A stretch of DNA of 64,000 bases from an uncultured Nitrososphaeraceae archaeon (lineage in GTDB: Archaea; Thermoproteota; Nitrososphaeria; Nitrososphaerales; Nitrososphaeraceae): the NCBI GenBank assembly GCA_963765895.1, contig CAVXZB010000084.1:96001-160000 (forward strand), in the 5' to 3' direction. The translations under genes and the position numbers were made by a program. This document shows, in pieces, positions 43,795 to 59,765 of this stretch. Below the pieces are notes generated by a model. The model worked only from the letters and a program-made list of their open reading frames with translations, was not told where the DNA came from and made no database searches. Position 1 is the stretch's first letter; each line of letters begins with the position of its first letter.

Positions 43795-44103
43795 TATCTG
43801 TTACTTTCGATCTGGACGTATATTACCCCAAATTTAATGTATCGTATACCGCGTATCAAAAATAGTAAAATCAATCGTCATAAACCAGTTCAACCAACAT
43901 AAAACACATAGATTTTCAAATCATACGATATAGTAAAAAAAAGTTACACAGGATCAATCAACAGGTAAATACAGCGAATGCACATATCCTTTACGTATTC
44001 TAATGCACTATTAGCGACTATCCAACTAGGTGGTATTCCACATATTGCGGAATTAACAAACGATAACAAAGTATGTCATTCGTTTGAATAATACAGCAAA
44101 TTT

Positions 44104-47060
<2,957 letters not shown>

Positions 47061-47352
47061 ACCAATTATTTTGCAGGGATTTTCAATTCTCGCAAAGTTC
47101 TAGTGGTTAGTCAACATCATAATACATTAGAGGTTTACGCGAATATATACACGCAAATATTCGAGTCTTACCTCTCCACATAATTTACTTCTGTCAGATT
47201 TACTAGGATATATTTTCACACATCCTAGCAACATTACATGTGGCTGTTGATTGATCCTATGCATGACAGTCATAGCGACCTTCAGGATCGCTCTGTCCTT
47301 CATTCTCTGTGTATAAGACAGAGAACTGCATTATACTTCCGTCATCTTTTTC

Positions 47353-48930
<1,578 letters not shown>

Positions 48931-49068
48931 TCAGATCCAATTCTTTGAATCAGATCTCCATATTATAAGCGCAACTGGAGGTCAGTGAATCATAGCATGG
49001 CTCTAAGACCAAAATCATCACCAACGCCGCCTATTACATTGCGTTTAGTGTCTTCTAACATAATTAGA

Positions 49069-49082
49069 ATATAAATCTTCGC
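49069..49082 (-). promoter_or_regulatory. candidate rRNA operon promoter (BRE + TATA)
   Basis: Minus strand reads GCGAAGA-TTTATAT about 200 nt upstream of the 16S 5' end. Confidence 0.45.
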
Positions 49083-49279
49083 AAGCAGAGGGATCCAGTA
49101 CACCGCACCATTGATTTAACATGAAAGACATAGAGCATTGAAATTATGCAGTCGTAGGATGATGTAATAAGATGATTAATACATATAGCGATCCCTCTAT
49201 GAGTAACAACATACTATCCTCATGGATTACATTTACAAACAAATAAAGATACAAGTAAATTATACCCTGGCAGTTACAA

Positions 49280-50629
49280 TTGAACGACTCTAAATATGAG
49301 AGTAGGTATAGACGTAATACCATAAAGTCAAGGCACCTCTATGCTAAGTCTACGGATATTTTTCCTGGTGGAATAAGTCACAACATTCGCTATTTTCAAC
49401 CATATCCTTTCTTTGTTAACAAATCTAAAGGCAAGAACTTGTACGATATCGATGGGAATACATATACAGACTACTGGATGGGTCATTGGGCCCTCATACT
49501 TGGACACGCATCAAGGTCCATTACTAATGCATTATCAGCGCAGGTAAGGAAGGGCACTCTGTACGGAACTGTCAATGATACAAGTGTAGAGCTTGGCACC
49601 TTAATTCAAAAAATCATGCCACTAGCAGAGCTTTTACGTTTCAGCAGTACTGGGTCCGAGGCAACAATGTACGCTGTTCGTCTAGCACGCGCAAAAACCG
49701 GGAGGAGGGTTGTTGCTAAAATTATCGGCGGCTGGCACGGTTTTAACACTCCATTACTTCAAACAGTAAATTACCCTTTTGAATACGACGAAGGCCCAGG
49801 CTTGATTCAGGACGAGGAACAGTTCGTTGAGTCCATTCCATTTAATGATCTGGATCGATCTATAAAAGTTCTTGAATCTATCAAAGATGACCTTGCTGGA
49901 ATAATTGTCGAACCTGTTTTAGGAGGTGCAGGTTGCATACCACCCGAAGAAGGTTACTTAATTGGTCTTCAAGAATTTGCTAGGAAAAATGCCAGCGTGT
50001 TCATACTCGATGAGATTGTAACTGGCTTCAGGCTATCTCTGGGAGGCGCCATTGACTACTATAAATTGGATCCAGATCTGTTTACTTTGGGCAAAATAGT
50101 TGGTGGCGGAATGCCAATAGGAGTTCTGTGTGGCAAGAGAGAAATAATGTCTCATGCAGATCCTGTCAAGAGAAACTCCAAACAATCGTGCTGCGCTATT
50201 GGTGGCGGAACTTTTTCAGCAAATCCAATGACAATGACTGCAGGTATGGCCAGCCTCACTTACCTTATGAAAAATAAAGATTCAGTCTATTCAAAGATAG
50301 ACAAACTTGGCAATCAGACTAGAAAAGGTCTGGCCAAGATTTTTTCAGAGGCAAGGGTTCCAGTTGAGGTTACCGGTGTTGGCTCAATTTTCTGCACTCA
50401 TTTTCTGAATAACAAGCTAGATCGAATTCGTGATGCCACCGACGTAAGCGTGTCCGATAGAAATATGTTGAGACGATACCATTTCGCATTAATGTCAAAC
50501 CATGGAATATTTTTTCTTCCTTTGAAGATGGGGGCATTTTCCGAGGCTCATGGCGAGCGTGATGTCAAGGCGCTATTGGATTCTACACATACCATTCTAT
50601 CATCTGGTAATATACTTGCAAGTAAGTAA
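49280..50629 (+). CDS. hemL: glutamate-1-semialdehyde 2,1-aminomutase-like class III aminotransferase
   Basis: FPGG, DIDGNTYTDY, TGSEATMYAVRLARA, DEIVTGFR, GKIVGGGMPIG and GTFSANP motifs. Confidence 0.8.
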   Translation: MNDSKYESRYRRNTIKSRHLYAKSTDIFPGGISHNIRYFQPYPFFVNKSKGKNLYDIDGNTYTDYWMGHWALILGHASRSITNALSAQVRKGTLYGTVNDTSVELGTLIQKIMPLAELLRFSSTGSEATMYAVRLARAKTGRRVVAKIIGGWHGFNTPLLQTVNYPFEYDEGPGLIQDEEQFVESIPFNDLDRSIKVLESIKDDLAGIIVEPVLGGAGCIPPEEGYLIGLQEFARKNASVFILDEIVTGFRLSLGGAIDYYKLDPDLFTLGKIVGGGMPIGVLCGKREIMSHADPVKRNSKQSCCAIGGGTFSANPMTMTAGMASLTYLMKNKDSVYSKIDKLGNQTRKGLAKIFSEARVPVEVTGVGSIFCTHFLNNKLDRIRDATDVSVSDRNMLRRYHFALMSNHGIFFLPLKMGAFSEAHGERDVKALLDSTHTILSSGNILASK

Positions 50630-51091
50630 TTCTGAACTGGTCAGGAATTGTAATTATTTAAAAATAATCAGAATGAAAAAAATAGTATTTTGTGCTAATA
50701 TCGTACGAAATATCGATAATTTAATATATTATATGTAATAGATCTGCTAAACCCCCTTTGCAGTACAAAATTTTTATATTAGATGGCTGAATTAGGTATA
50801 GATGTCCGTTCTTATGATGATTAAAGTGGATGAAGAAAGCCTTTACGGAATAAAAATTTGCGAAAAATGTGGTCGATCTATCAGAAAATATGATAAATGT
50901 GATTGTGAAATGATAGATTGGGCCGACTAACTCTGATCTGGTCCGAAACAAGTTAAGAAATCCTATTAGATAGGTAAACTTGAATATTCCAATCCTAGAA
51001 GCAAGAGCTAAGTTATTTTGGCCTCCCTAGGTTGAGAGTGGATATAATATTATATGATCGGTTGATATAGTACAACTCAGCAATCGGGTAT

Positions 51092-52540
51092 TTGTTGCTG
51101 TCTCAAAAGAAAACAACAAGAGAACCATTTTCTATCAAAGAAAGTAATCCAAGCTCTCGATCTTTAACTATCCCTAATGGCTTTTCTGATTCTAGCTCTG
51201 CACCTAACCAACCTACGGCCGACTCTGGTTTAAAAAGAAAGGTATGGATAGAGGCCTATGGCTGTCCTTCAAATATTGCGGATTCTGAAATTATTGGAGG
51301 ATTACTTACTGCTGATGGGTTTGAATTGGCAAAAAATCAAACTGAAGCAGATGCCAGTATCATAGTAACGTGCTCGGTTAAGGATTCAACAGAACATAAG
51401 ATGATTCATCGAATTAAAGAAGTTACAAAGTCAGGCAGACCAGTTGTTGTTGCAGGTTGTCTTGCAAAGGCAGACAGTAGCAAAGTTGAATCTGTGAATT
51501 CTAAGATCTCTTTGATAGGTCCTAATTCTATCGATAGCACAGTCCATGTTGTTAGATCTGCATTTAATAACAAAAAAGTTTTGGCACTTGAGGACTCGGT
51601 ATTGCCTAAACTGAATCTGCCGAGAGCTCGATCTAATAGCATTATTTCAATAGTAGAAATAGCGAACGGATGTCTCAGTGAATGTAGCTTTTGTCAAACT
51701 AAAATTGCTAGAGGCTGGCTAAAGAGCTATCGTATTGGCGATATAATTAGACAGATAAGCCGAGATATATTCGAGGGATATAAGGAAATATGGCTGTCTT
51801 CTACCGATAATGGATGCTATGGTAGAGACATAGGTCTAGACCTGGTCGATTTATTAGATTCGGCCGTCAGCATTGATGCCAACTTTATGATAAGAGTTGG
51901 AATGATGAATCCGATGTATATCCCAAGTATGGAAGGGAAATTAGTCAAGATTTTTAAACAGAATAAAAAAATATTCAAGTTCATTCATATTCCTGTCCAA
52001 AGCGGAAATGACAGAGTACTAAAAATGATGAAACGTGGTCACACTGTTGACATATTTAAAAGACTTGTAAAGATGCTTAGATATGAGATACCTAGAGTAA
52101 CAATTGCCACAGATATTATAGCAGGATTCCCGTCCGAATCCGAAGCTGAATTCCAAGATACACTTTCATTAATTTCAGAGGTTCGACCTGATGTTGTAAA
52201 CATTTCTAAATATAGTTCCAGACCTGGGACCAGAGCTGGGGAAATGAATAGATTGGATTCGCAGCTAGTGAAGAGTAGGACCGAACAACTTCATGTATTG
52301 GTCAAAAAAATATCGAATGAACAAAATCTAAATTGGAAAAATTGGAGGGGTGGCATTTTAGTTGATGAATTAACAACGGACGCATTGATCGGGAGGAATT
52401 TCGCTTATAAGCCGATTTTTGTCCCTTTTGCCCAGTGTGAACTATCAAAAGAGTCGGCTAAGGATAAGCTCGGTTCAGAAATTCAAGTTAAAGTAGAAGA
52501 TGTTTCTCCGAATGCATTGCGTGGTAGTCTGCTGCAATAA
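51092..52540 (+). CDS. radical SAM tRNA methylthiotransferase (archaeal MiaB-like / e-MtaB)
   Basis: YGCPSN, TCSVK and AGC N-terminal cysteines; CLSECSFC radical SAM motif; HIPVQSG; C-terminal TRAM-like region. Confidence 0.9.
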   Translation: MLLSQKKTTREPFSIKESNPSSRSLTIPNGFSDSSSAPNQPTADSGLKRKVWIEAYGCPSNIADSEIIGGLLTADGFELAKNQTEADASIIVTCSVKDSTEHKMIHRIKEVTKSGRPVVVAGCLAKADSSKVESVNSKISLIGPNSIDSTVHVVRSAFNNKKVLALEDSVLPKLNLPRARSNSIISIVEIANGCLSECSFCQTKIARGWLKSYRIGDIIRQISRDIFEGYKEIWLSSTDNGCYGRDIGLDLVDLLDSAVSIDANFMIRVGMMNPMYIPSMEGKLVKIFKQNKKIFKFIHIPVQSGNDRVLKMMKRGHTVDIFKRLVKMLRYEIPRVTIATDIIAGFPSESEAEFQDTLSLISEVRPDVVNISKYSSRPGTRAGEMNRLDSQLVKSRTEQLHVLVKKISNEQNLNWKNWRGGILVDELTTDALIGRNFAYKPIFVPFAQCELSKESAKDKLGSEIQVKVEDVSPNALRGSLLQ

Positions 52541-52573
52541 ACTGAGAAACGGATATGAGGTTCTATGTGAAAA

Positions 52574-53200
52574 TCAGTATATCTTGATTGATCCAAGAAT
52601 TTTATTTACTACAGGTAACTGTTTCACAAACTCGCGTTGGGCATCGATATATGAAAATGTATATTTCTTCCCATTACTTACTGTCCAAATATCCATAGAT
52701 TTAAGAGGGAAAGTCAGTGATGGATCGTCACTGTTATAAGAGTAAAGTATTTTTTTTGCTACATGATCACCGAGTTTAGTAGTATTTGATTCAATCAGAT
52801 GAAAATTATCAACTTTTGCGGCCTCAGCCATGTTGGAGCGAGTTAGATCATCCAATGTTTTACTACTTTGTGGTAAAGCCCCTATCGAGACGAGAATAAC
52901 TGGTGGAATGGTTTCCATATCACTTTGTCTAGTCGAATTTAGTCTGATAACTGTGGTCTGACCTAATTTTTGAGTTGATACAGGCCAATCCTTTGGATGT
53001 TGGAGCTTAATCCCCAAAGACGGATTCTCGTAAGGCTCGAAGACCATAGTACGCTTATTAGCAGTTGCATTATTATTTTGAATATGATTCATCTGTGCCA
53101 TCGCCTGAGTAAGCGAAGCAGAAGCTAATACAATGGATGTAATGGTACAGATTGTCCCCAATATCACTATATTGAGCTTTCGATCGATAGGCTCTAGCAT
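52574..53200 (-). CDS. secreted PsbP-like protein
   Basis: Signal segment, YENPSLGIKLQHPKDW, and C-terminal KILGSIKI. Confidence 0.7.
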   Translation of the reverse strand: MLEPIDRKLNIVILGTICTITSIVLASASLTQAMAQMNHIQNNNATANKRTMVFEPYENPSLGIKLQHPKDWPVSTQKLGQTTVIRLNSTRQSDMETIPPVILVSIGALPQSSKTLDDLTRSNMAEAAKVDNFHLIESNTTKLGDHVAKKILYSYNSDDPSLTFPLKSMDIWTVSNGKKYTFSYIDAQREFVKQLPVVNKILGSIKIY

Positions 53201-53381
53201 TTCGATAAGTTGGCTATATTATCGTCAAGTATAAGATTCTATTGTTGATTACTGTTAAATCATGGAAAGCAGGTAATCTGCAGAATGATTAAAGGTCAAC
53301 TTGTACGGCTGTACATGATTCAGTACTTGCGATTCATTTACGGATTCTTTTATTTGAGCTCTATCTCCATTCCAATGATTC

Positions 53382-53717
53382 TTAGGCCTGGTTCGTCTGT
53401 TCAACCGGCACAGTCTCTGATGGTTTCGGTTTTGTTTCTGCCTTTGTCTCTTCAAATAGAGATACTACCAGTGTATCGTTCTCGTCCTTTACCATCTTTA
53501 CTCGAATCTTTCTCGGCGGATTCGTCTTACCCTTTCTCCAGACGTGTCTGTTCAGATCTTGATCAAGTTTAACATCATCAGTCTTCATATGCTTTGTCGC
53601 AAACTCCCTTATCATATTGACTACTCTATCTGTTCTCTTATAGGAGGGGGTTATCCACGCCTTGCCTAAATTAATTGTATATACACGACTATCACTTTCT
53701 TCAGAACTACTAGACAT
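53382..53717 (-). CDS. rpl31e: 50S ribosomal protein L31e
   Basis: RVYTINL, REFATKHMK, LNRHVW and PPRKIRV motifs. Confidence 0.95.
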   Translation of the reverse strand: MSSSSEESDSRVYTINLGKAWITPSYKRTDRVVNMIREFATKHMKTDDVKLDQDLNRHVWRKGKTNPPRKIRVKMVKDENDTLVVSLFEETKAETKPKPSETVPVEQTNQA

Positions 53718-53733
53718 CTAACTCATACATCCT

Positions 53734-53892
53734 CTATCCAACATTTACATCAGTTTTACGCCATAATCTACGTTTCGGATTAGTTCTCACATGTCTGTGA
53801 GTTCTTATTATAACCCATGCCGGCACTGGTCTATTCTGTTTAGTCTTTCTTAAGAGTCTTCTTTTTCTTGAAGTATTTTTCCTGGCCGCCAT
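53734..53892 (-). CDS. rpl39e: 50S ribosomal protein L39e (52 aa, below the ORF-track cutoff)
   Basis: Hand translation MAARKNTSRKRRLLRKTKQNRPVPAWVIIRTHRHVRTNPKRRLWRKTDVNVG; directly upstream of L31e. Confidence 0.95.
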   Translation of the reverse strand: MAARKNTSRKRRLLRKTKQNRPVPAWVIIRTHRHVRTNPKRRLWRKTDVNVG

Positions 53893-54015
53893 ATTAATCG
53901 AAGAGTATTTACCCCTATTTTTAAGTGTTATTCGTTAGGGTTAAATCGTTTTATTAATTTAGCCTCTTGGGAAAAGATTAATTATGTGAAGTCCCTCCCA
54001 CCTGACTATACTAGT

Positions 54016-54841
54016 ATGACTGATTGGGATCTTCTTACTCCCGGTATCGGTTTGACATCGATTGGTATAGTTGGAGTAGGAATTTCGCTAGCTGGAATAG
54101 CGAAGACCTTCGTGGAAGGAATGCACGCCGTCTCCCTCTTGACCATGCTAATCGGAATGATTTTTCTTGCATCTGGCCTTTTCAAGGACGGATTTCCAAC
54201 TTCTGGCAGAGCTAAATCTGCTACTTTAATTACATTAGGATTCTTGGTCACTTTTGGTGTGGCAGACGGCAGTTACGGTCAGTACTCAAGTCCCTAGTAT
54301 ATTTGCCTATATCGGTTTAATGATGATCATAGGGGTACCAGGTGCCGTCATTGCAGTGGCTTCAGCCAAGAGGACACAATACATAAAGGCCCTGTCCATT
54401 ATGTTCATTTCAGCAGCAGTAGTCGGAGGTATCACTTTTTACGCCTTTGGTCTAGTAACTCCAAAACCGCCTTCTGCTTCGAGTCAAAATGCTACAAATA
54501 GTGCGCAAGCTGGGTCAGGAACGCCAAAGACTGTGGAGTTAAAAAAAGGCACTCTAATATCAAAAATTTCGATAATGCCTGGTGCGTCGGCCAAAGGAAA
54601 TCCAAATTTTAATCCAAAGGCTCTACTCGTAACAAAGAACGCTGGCATAATTTGGACAAATAACGACAATGTTCCTCACACGGTCACAAGCTTTAAGGAT
54701 CAAGGAAAAACATTCGATTCTTCCATTATCATGCCAAAGAAAACTTTTACATTAGACGTTTCCAAGCTGTCACCTAATGCATATGATTATTTTTGTACCA
54801 TTCATCCATTTATGAAAGCGAAGTTTACTGTTAAATCCTGA
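54016..54841 (+). CDS. multi-TM membrane protein fused to a C-terminal type I copper (cupredoxin) domain; +1 insertion at about 54266
   Basis: About five TM segments, then WTNND..PHTVT and YFCTIHPFM; removing one A gives FGVAAAVTVST. Confidence 0.85.
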
Positions 54842-54934
54842 AAAATCAAGGTAGCAAATCGCATTTGAAATTTCTACAAAATCACTGAGAGTACTATGGA
54901 ATATTGTATGCAACATATTTTAGAAAGTCGTTAA

Positions 54935-55372
54935 TTGATCTATAAGAATAAGCGAGTGAAAACAAGATTAAGGATTAACCAGACTCAACTAACTGAACTA
55001 GTTGATATTGCAACATCTTCTCTACCAAATGAATCCTGTGCGTTGTTAGCTGGAGAAGTCAAAGATATGAAAATCTGGAAGGACATAAGGGTTATAGAAA
55101 TTTTCGCAGTTAGGAATGCAGATCAGTCTGTTATAAGCTTTAGTGTAGATGAGATGGAGTTAATCAAATTATATGAAAGAGCCGAAGCGAAAGGACTGCA
55201 AATAGTTGGTATATTTCATTCACATCCTTCTAGACCAGCCCCGTCTTCAACTGATGTTGAATTCATGAGAATCAATCCTATTGTATGGCTTATTTATTCT
55301 AGTATCACGCACGAATTTAGGGCATATATTCTTGAAAACGAATTAGAAGACGTTGAAATGGAGTCAACTTAG
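54935..55372 (+). CDS. JAMM/MPN+ (M67) metallopeptidase
   Basis: PNESCALLAG and GIFHSHP...PSSTD motifs. Confidence 0.9.
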   Translation: MIYKNKRVKTRLRINQTQLTELVDIATSSLPNESCALLAGEVKDMKIWKDIRVIEIFAVRNADQSVISFSVDEMELIKLYERAEAKGLQIVGIFHSHPSRPAPSSTDVEFMRINPIVWLIYSSITHEFRAYILENELEDVEMEST

Positions 55373-56679
55373 GGATGTAGACGCTGGGTATCTCGTGGGT
55401 AAAGAACTACCTCTCTGACATTTTGCGTGTTTGTTAATACCATCATCAACCTATCTAAACCAAGGCCCCATCCTGAATGTGGGGGCATCCCCCATTCAAA
55501 TGCTTTCAGGTGATCCTCAAATCCGGCAGGATCTAATCCTTGGTCTATAATTCTTTTACGCAGTTTGCTCCTATCATGCTGTCTTCTTCCTCCTGATATC
55601 AATTCAAGGTATCCGAATTGCAAATCAAAGGATTCCGATAGAAATGGATCATTCTCTTTCTCATGAATGTAAAATGGTTTTAATTTTAATGGCCAGTCGG
55701 TTATAAAATAAAATCCTTTGTGAATTTGGCCAAGTTTTCTTAAGGCCGAATCAGATAAGTCATCGCCGTATTCTATTTTTTCGCCTTCATCAATTAATAC
55801 ATCTACGCAATGTTTGTAGGAAAATCGCTCAATTTTGGATCGGCTCAATTCAAGAATTGAATCTTTGTTGATATATGTTGATTCCCCCACTTCAAGGATA
55901 AGACTTAATTGGTTCAGAACATTTGCTAATATTTTCTCAGCAATGTCCATTACGTCATTATAATCAAGGAATGCCGCCTCGATATCGATGCTGATAAATT
56001 CGCTCAGATGTCTTACTGTATGTGACTTCTCAGCTCTAAAATATGGAGCAATTTCAAATACTCTATCCAAAGATAAAATTAATTGTTCTTTATAGAGTTG
56101 AGGGCTTTGAGCAAGGTAAGCTACCGTATCAAAGTAATTTACTGAAAACAAATTAGCACCACCTTCACTTGCGGTGCCAATGATTTTAGGTGTTTGAACC
56201 TCAATAAATCGCTCGGATTGCAATACTGATCTAATCACCTGAGTCATTGAAGATTTCAAACGGAAGATTTCAGAAATCTTAGGATTTCTTAGATCTAATG
56301 CCCTGGAATCTATTCTCTTATCTAATGCCGAGTCAATCCTACTGGCAGGATCTAGCGGAAGCGGCTGGACTGCTTTGGAAATTATATCAATGTTATCTAC
56401 CTTAACCTCTACATCAAAATCCTTAGCTTTTCCGACTTGAATGATGCCGGATACGATGACAATGCTGTGTCTTGTCAGATCCTTCAAGGCCAAGAGATAA
56501 TCTCCGGTAACTACAGTCTGTACTAGTCCACTCACGTCTCGAATGAGTAAGAAGACTAACTTTCCAATATCGCGAATCTCTTCTACCCAGCCAGCAATCT
56601 GGACCCTTTTCCCCAGGAGGTTCTTGTTGATTTGATTTGCGAAGTGTGATCTATGTATCCTATCGCCACTAGTCATCAC
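55369..56679 (-). CDS. aspS: aspartyl-tRNA synthetase (archaeal, probably non-discriminating)
   Basis: OB-fold GWV...RD, SEGGA, LAQSPQLYK, FRAE and PPHSGWGLGLDR motifs. Confidence 0.95.
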   Translation of the reverse strand: MMTSGDRIHRSHFANQINKNLLGKRVQIAGWVEEIRDIGKLVFLLIRDVSGLVQTVVTGDYLLALKDLTRHSIVIVSGIIQVGKAKDFDVEVKVDNIDIISKAVQPLPLDPASRIDSALDKRIDSRALDLRNPKISEIFRLKSSMTQVIRSVLQSERFIEVQTPKIIGTASEGGANLFSVNYFDTVAYLAQSPQLYKEQLILSLDRVFEIAPYFRAEKSHTVRHLSEFISIDIEAAFLDYNDVMDIAEKILANVLNQLSLILEVGESTYINKDSILELSRSKIERFSYKHCVDVLIDEGEKIEYGDDLSDSALRKLGQIHKGFYFITDWPLKLKPFYIHEKENDPFLSESFDLQFGYLELISGGRRQHDRSKLRKRIIDQGLDPAGFEDHLKAFEWGMPPHSGWGLGLDRLMMVLTNTQNVREVVLYPRDTQRLHP

Positions 56680-56682
56680 TAT

Positions 56683-57216
56683 TCAGTCTCCAAGATTGCT
56701 TGCATTTTTAAGTTCGATTACCAACTCCATATTCTTTACCTGCTTTGCAATTTTCTGGATTTTTTTTGAATCTAATTCAGAACCCGTGCCGTGATTCTGT
56801 TCAACTATTATCTTCGTGACTTTGTTGCCGTCTGGTAGCCAAATCAAATTTATGTTCAAAACTCTAGTGGGAAAGAAAAGATTCTCAATAAATCTTCTAT
56901 CTGTAGAATCCCCTTCCACAAACCATACTCTAGACTGAAATTCTTTCTTGATCTTCGCAGCAACCGCAGAATTTCCTCTGAGCAAGATGATATCTGGACT
57001 TTTCAGTATTAGCACGAAAACATCATCTACTTTGGTCGCACCTATCAAGGTGAATTGATTTATATTTTGGTCGTGTTCGGCTAGTTTAGCAAGCCTCATA
57101 ACTCCCTCCACATCAGAGGGCGTTAGTTGTCCTGAGTCAACTTTTGACTCACATTTAGCACAGAGAACTCCTGTTTTGGCATCAAACGAACATATAGGCG
57201 TTTTCAAAGCAATCAC
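56683..57216 (-). CDS. archaeal NusA-like KH-domain protein
   Basis: PICSFDAKTGVLCAKC N-terminus and IWLPDG. Confidence 0.75.
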   Translation of the reverse strand: MIALKTPICSFDAKTGVLCAKCESKVDSGQLTPSDVEGVMRLAKLAEHDQNINQFTLIGATKVDDVFVLILKSPDIILLRGNSAVAAKIKKEFQSRVWFVEGDSTDRRFIENLFFPTRVLNINLIWLPDGNKVTKIIVEQNHGTGSELDSKKIQKIAKQVKNMELVIELKNASNLGD

Positions 57217-57435
57217 TAATCATAGAATTATAATATTTGAGAATTTTCTGTTATATAACCTGTTATGTAGTGTTCTAATCTAGAGGCTAGAGGATAAACT
57301 GCAATTGGAGGTAAATTTTGGTCTGAAGACAAACCCCTCCGATTATTTGATCCTAATTATGGGTACCCAGATAATATCAAACACCACACGCATCATTTAT
57401 TATCAGTGGTTGGTAAGCTTTGTGTAATAGCAATA

Positions 57436-58390
57436 ATGTCCCCGATAACTAAGCTGACCGTTGATTCACTTAAGGCTCATTATATCACAAAAGAAGGAAT
57501 TGTTAAGGCAGTAGATAGTGTCAGCTTTGAGATCAAGGGACATGAATCATTTGGGATAGCTGGCGAAACTGCATCTGGCAAAAGCACCCTTGGTTTAGCA
57601 CTTTTGAGATCATTACAACCACCCGGAAAGATCGTAGGGGGCAACATTATACTTCAAGGACAAAATATTTCCAATATGTCAGATGAAGAATTTAACAAGA
57701 CAATACGCTGGAAAAAAATCTGCGATGGTCTTTCAGGGCGCAATGAACACTTTAGATCCGGTTTATACAATTGGGAGTCAAATGAGTGAGATCATCAAGG
57801 AACACAGGGTCGACGTCGAACAGGAGTCACTAATCTCTAATTCATTAAAGCAAGTAGGTCTAGATCCATCGGTTTCGTCTAGATATCCCCACGAGTTGAG
57901 TGGTGGCATGAAACAGCGAGTTGTAATAGCAATGGCATTATTACTCGATCCAGATATAGTAATTGCAGATGAGCCGACTACTGCATTGGACGTGCTAGTC
58001 CAGGCACAAATAATAGAACTGCTTAAAACACTTAGAAAAGAAAGAGGCTTGACTGTCATACTTATTACTCACGATCTAAATTTAATATTAGAATTTGCTG
58101 ACAAGATAGGAATAATGTATGCAGGTCAGTTGGTAGAATTTGGCAATTCGAATGACCTCTACCTTAACCCCAGACATCCTTATACCCAGGCCCTAATGGC
58201 TTCTATCCCCCGACTCCATTCAGTTCATAAAGACTTGCAATTTATTGCTGGAAGCTCTCCAAACATGCTGGAGCTACCCCCTGGATGTAGGTTTTTTTCA
58301 CGTTGTCCATTTGCCAAGGAATTATGTCGAGAAGATCCTCCTCAAATTAAACTAGAAAATGGATTTGTCCGATGCTGGCTTTATAAGTGA
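57436..58390 (+). CDS. oligopeptide/dipeptide ABC transporter ATP-binding subunit; frameshift at about 57715-57722
   Basis: GETASGKST, YPHELSGGMKQR, IADEPTTALD, HPYT and GCRF...RC motifs. Confidence 0.9.
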
Positions 58391-58520
58391 ATATGAGAAC
58401 ATGACTTTTCTAGTTTGTAGACTATAGGCGATGTTTTTTTGATTATTGGTAACGGTAGAAATCTAATTTAAATATCACAGTTGCCATATTGAATCTGTCT
58501 ACATATAAGTGAATTAGGGA

Positions 58521-59765
58521 TTGATGCAAAAGGGAGCTCTGAATGTTCATAGGATTAGGAAGGATTTTCCAATACTTGGTCGAAAAATTAGAGACAAGCC
58601 ATTGGTATACTTTGATAACGCTGCGACAACGCAAAAGCCGTTGTCTGTAATTGATGCAATTCGAGACTACTATATGAATTATAACTCAAATATTCATAGG
58701 GCAGTGCATCAGATGGCAGAAGAGGCAACGCATGCGTACGAAACAACGCGCCAAAAAGTTGCGAGATTTATTAATTCTCGTTCTACTGATGAGATAATAT
58801 TTACTCGAAACGCTACTGAAGCTATAAACCTCGTGTCACATGCTTGGGGCCAGGATAATATTCGCAGAGACGACAGGATCGTAATAACAGAACTAGAACA
58901 TCATAGTAATATAGTCCCGTGGCAGATCCTGTGTAATCAGACTAGAGCTTCTTTGGATTATATTGAAGTTGACAGCGGCGGATGTTTGGACATGGATTCC
59001 TGTGAGAAAACCCTGCAAAATAGGAAAACTAGATTGATTTCAATTAGCGAGGTATCAAATGTGCTCGGAACGATAGTACCTATTAGAGAGATCGTCAAGA
59101 AGGCTCATGCCAAAGATATACCCGTGCTGGTTGATGCAGCTCAGTCAGTACCCCATATGCCAGTCGATGTTCAGGCTACAGATTGTGATTTTATGGTTTT
59201 CTCCGCCCATAAAATGTTAGGGCCTACCGGAGTAGGAATCTTATATGTCAAGAAGGAGATCCTCGAAAAGCTTCAGCCGTTTATTAGCGGAGGAGATATG
59301 ATTAAAGAAGTTCACAAATACGAGACTGTATATAACGACCTTCCGTACAAGTTCGAGGCAGGCACACCAAATATTGCCGATGTGATTGGGTTTGGAGCCG
59401 CTATGGATTACTTGAACCGTTTAGGAATGGACAAGGTTAGAGATCATGAAATTGAGTTAACTAAATATGCCATGGATGCCATGAAGGATATTAGAGGAAT
59501 GACATTATATGGCCCACTTGATGCCAAAAATAAAGGCGGAGTGATCTCATTTAATTTGGGTGATATCCATCCGCATGACCTTGCTACTATTTTAAATGAC
59601 CACGGCATTGCAATTAGATCTGGTCATCATTGTGCACAAGTTTTGATGGAGAAATTTGACCTTTCAGCGACGTCTAGGGCAAGCTTTTATATTTACAATA
59701 CTATAGAAGAGGTGGAAAAATTCATAAATGCGCTTAATGACGCTAGGAGATTGTTTGGAATTTGA
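58521..59765 (+). CDS. sufS: cysteine desulfurase, SufS type
   Basis: YFDNAATTQKP, EHHSN, SAHKMLGPTG and RSGHHCAQ motifs. Confidence 0.95.
   Translation: MMQKGALNVHRIRKDFPILGRKIRDKPLVYFDNAATTQKPLSVIDAIRDYYMNYNSNIHRAVHQMAEEATHAYETTRQKVARFINSRSTDEIIFTRNATEAINLVSHAWGQDNIRRDDRIVITELEHHSNIVPWQILCNQTRASLDYIEVDSGGCLDMDSCEKTLQNRKTRLISISEVSNVLGTIVPIREIVKKAHAKDIPVLVDAAQSVPHMPVDVQATDCDFMVFSAHKMLGPTGVGILYVKKEILEKLQPFISGGDMIKEVHKYETVYNDLPYKFEAGTPNIADVIGFGAAMDYLNRLGMDKVRDHEIELTKYAMDAMKDIRGMTLYGPLDAKNKGGVISFNLGDIHPHDLATILNDHGIAIRSGHHCAQVLMEKFDLSATSRASFYIYNTIEEVEKFINALNDARRLFGI

Noticed and set aside
47303-47325. TGTGTATAAGACAG resembling the Tn5/Nextera mosaic end
   Set aside because: Incomplete match, and it sits in a natural ITS hairpin (TTCTCTGT/ACAGAGAA)
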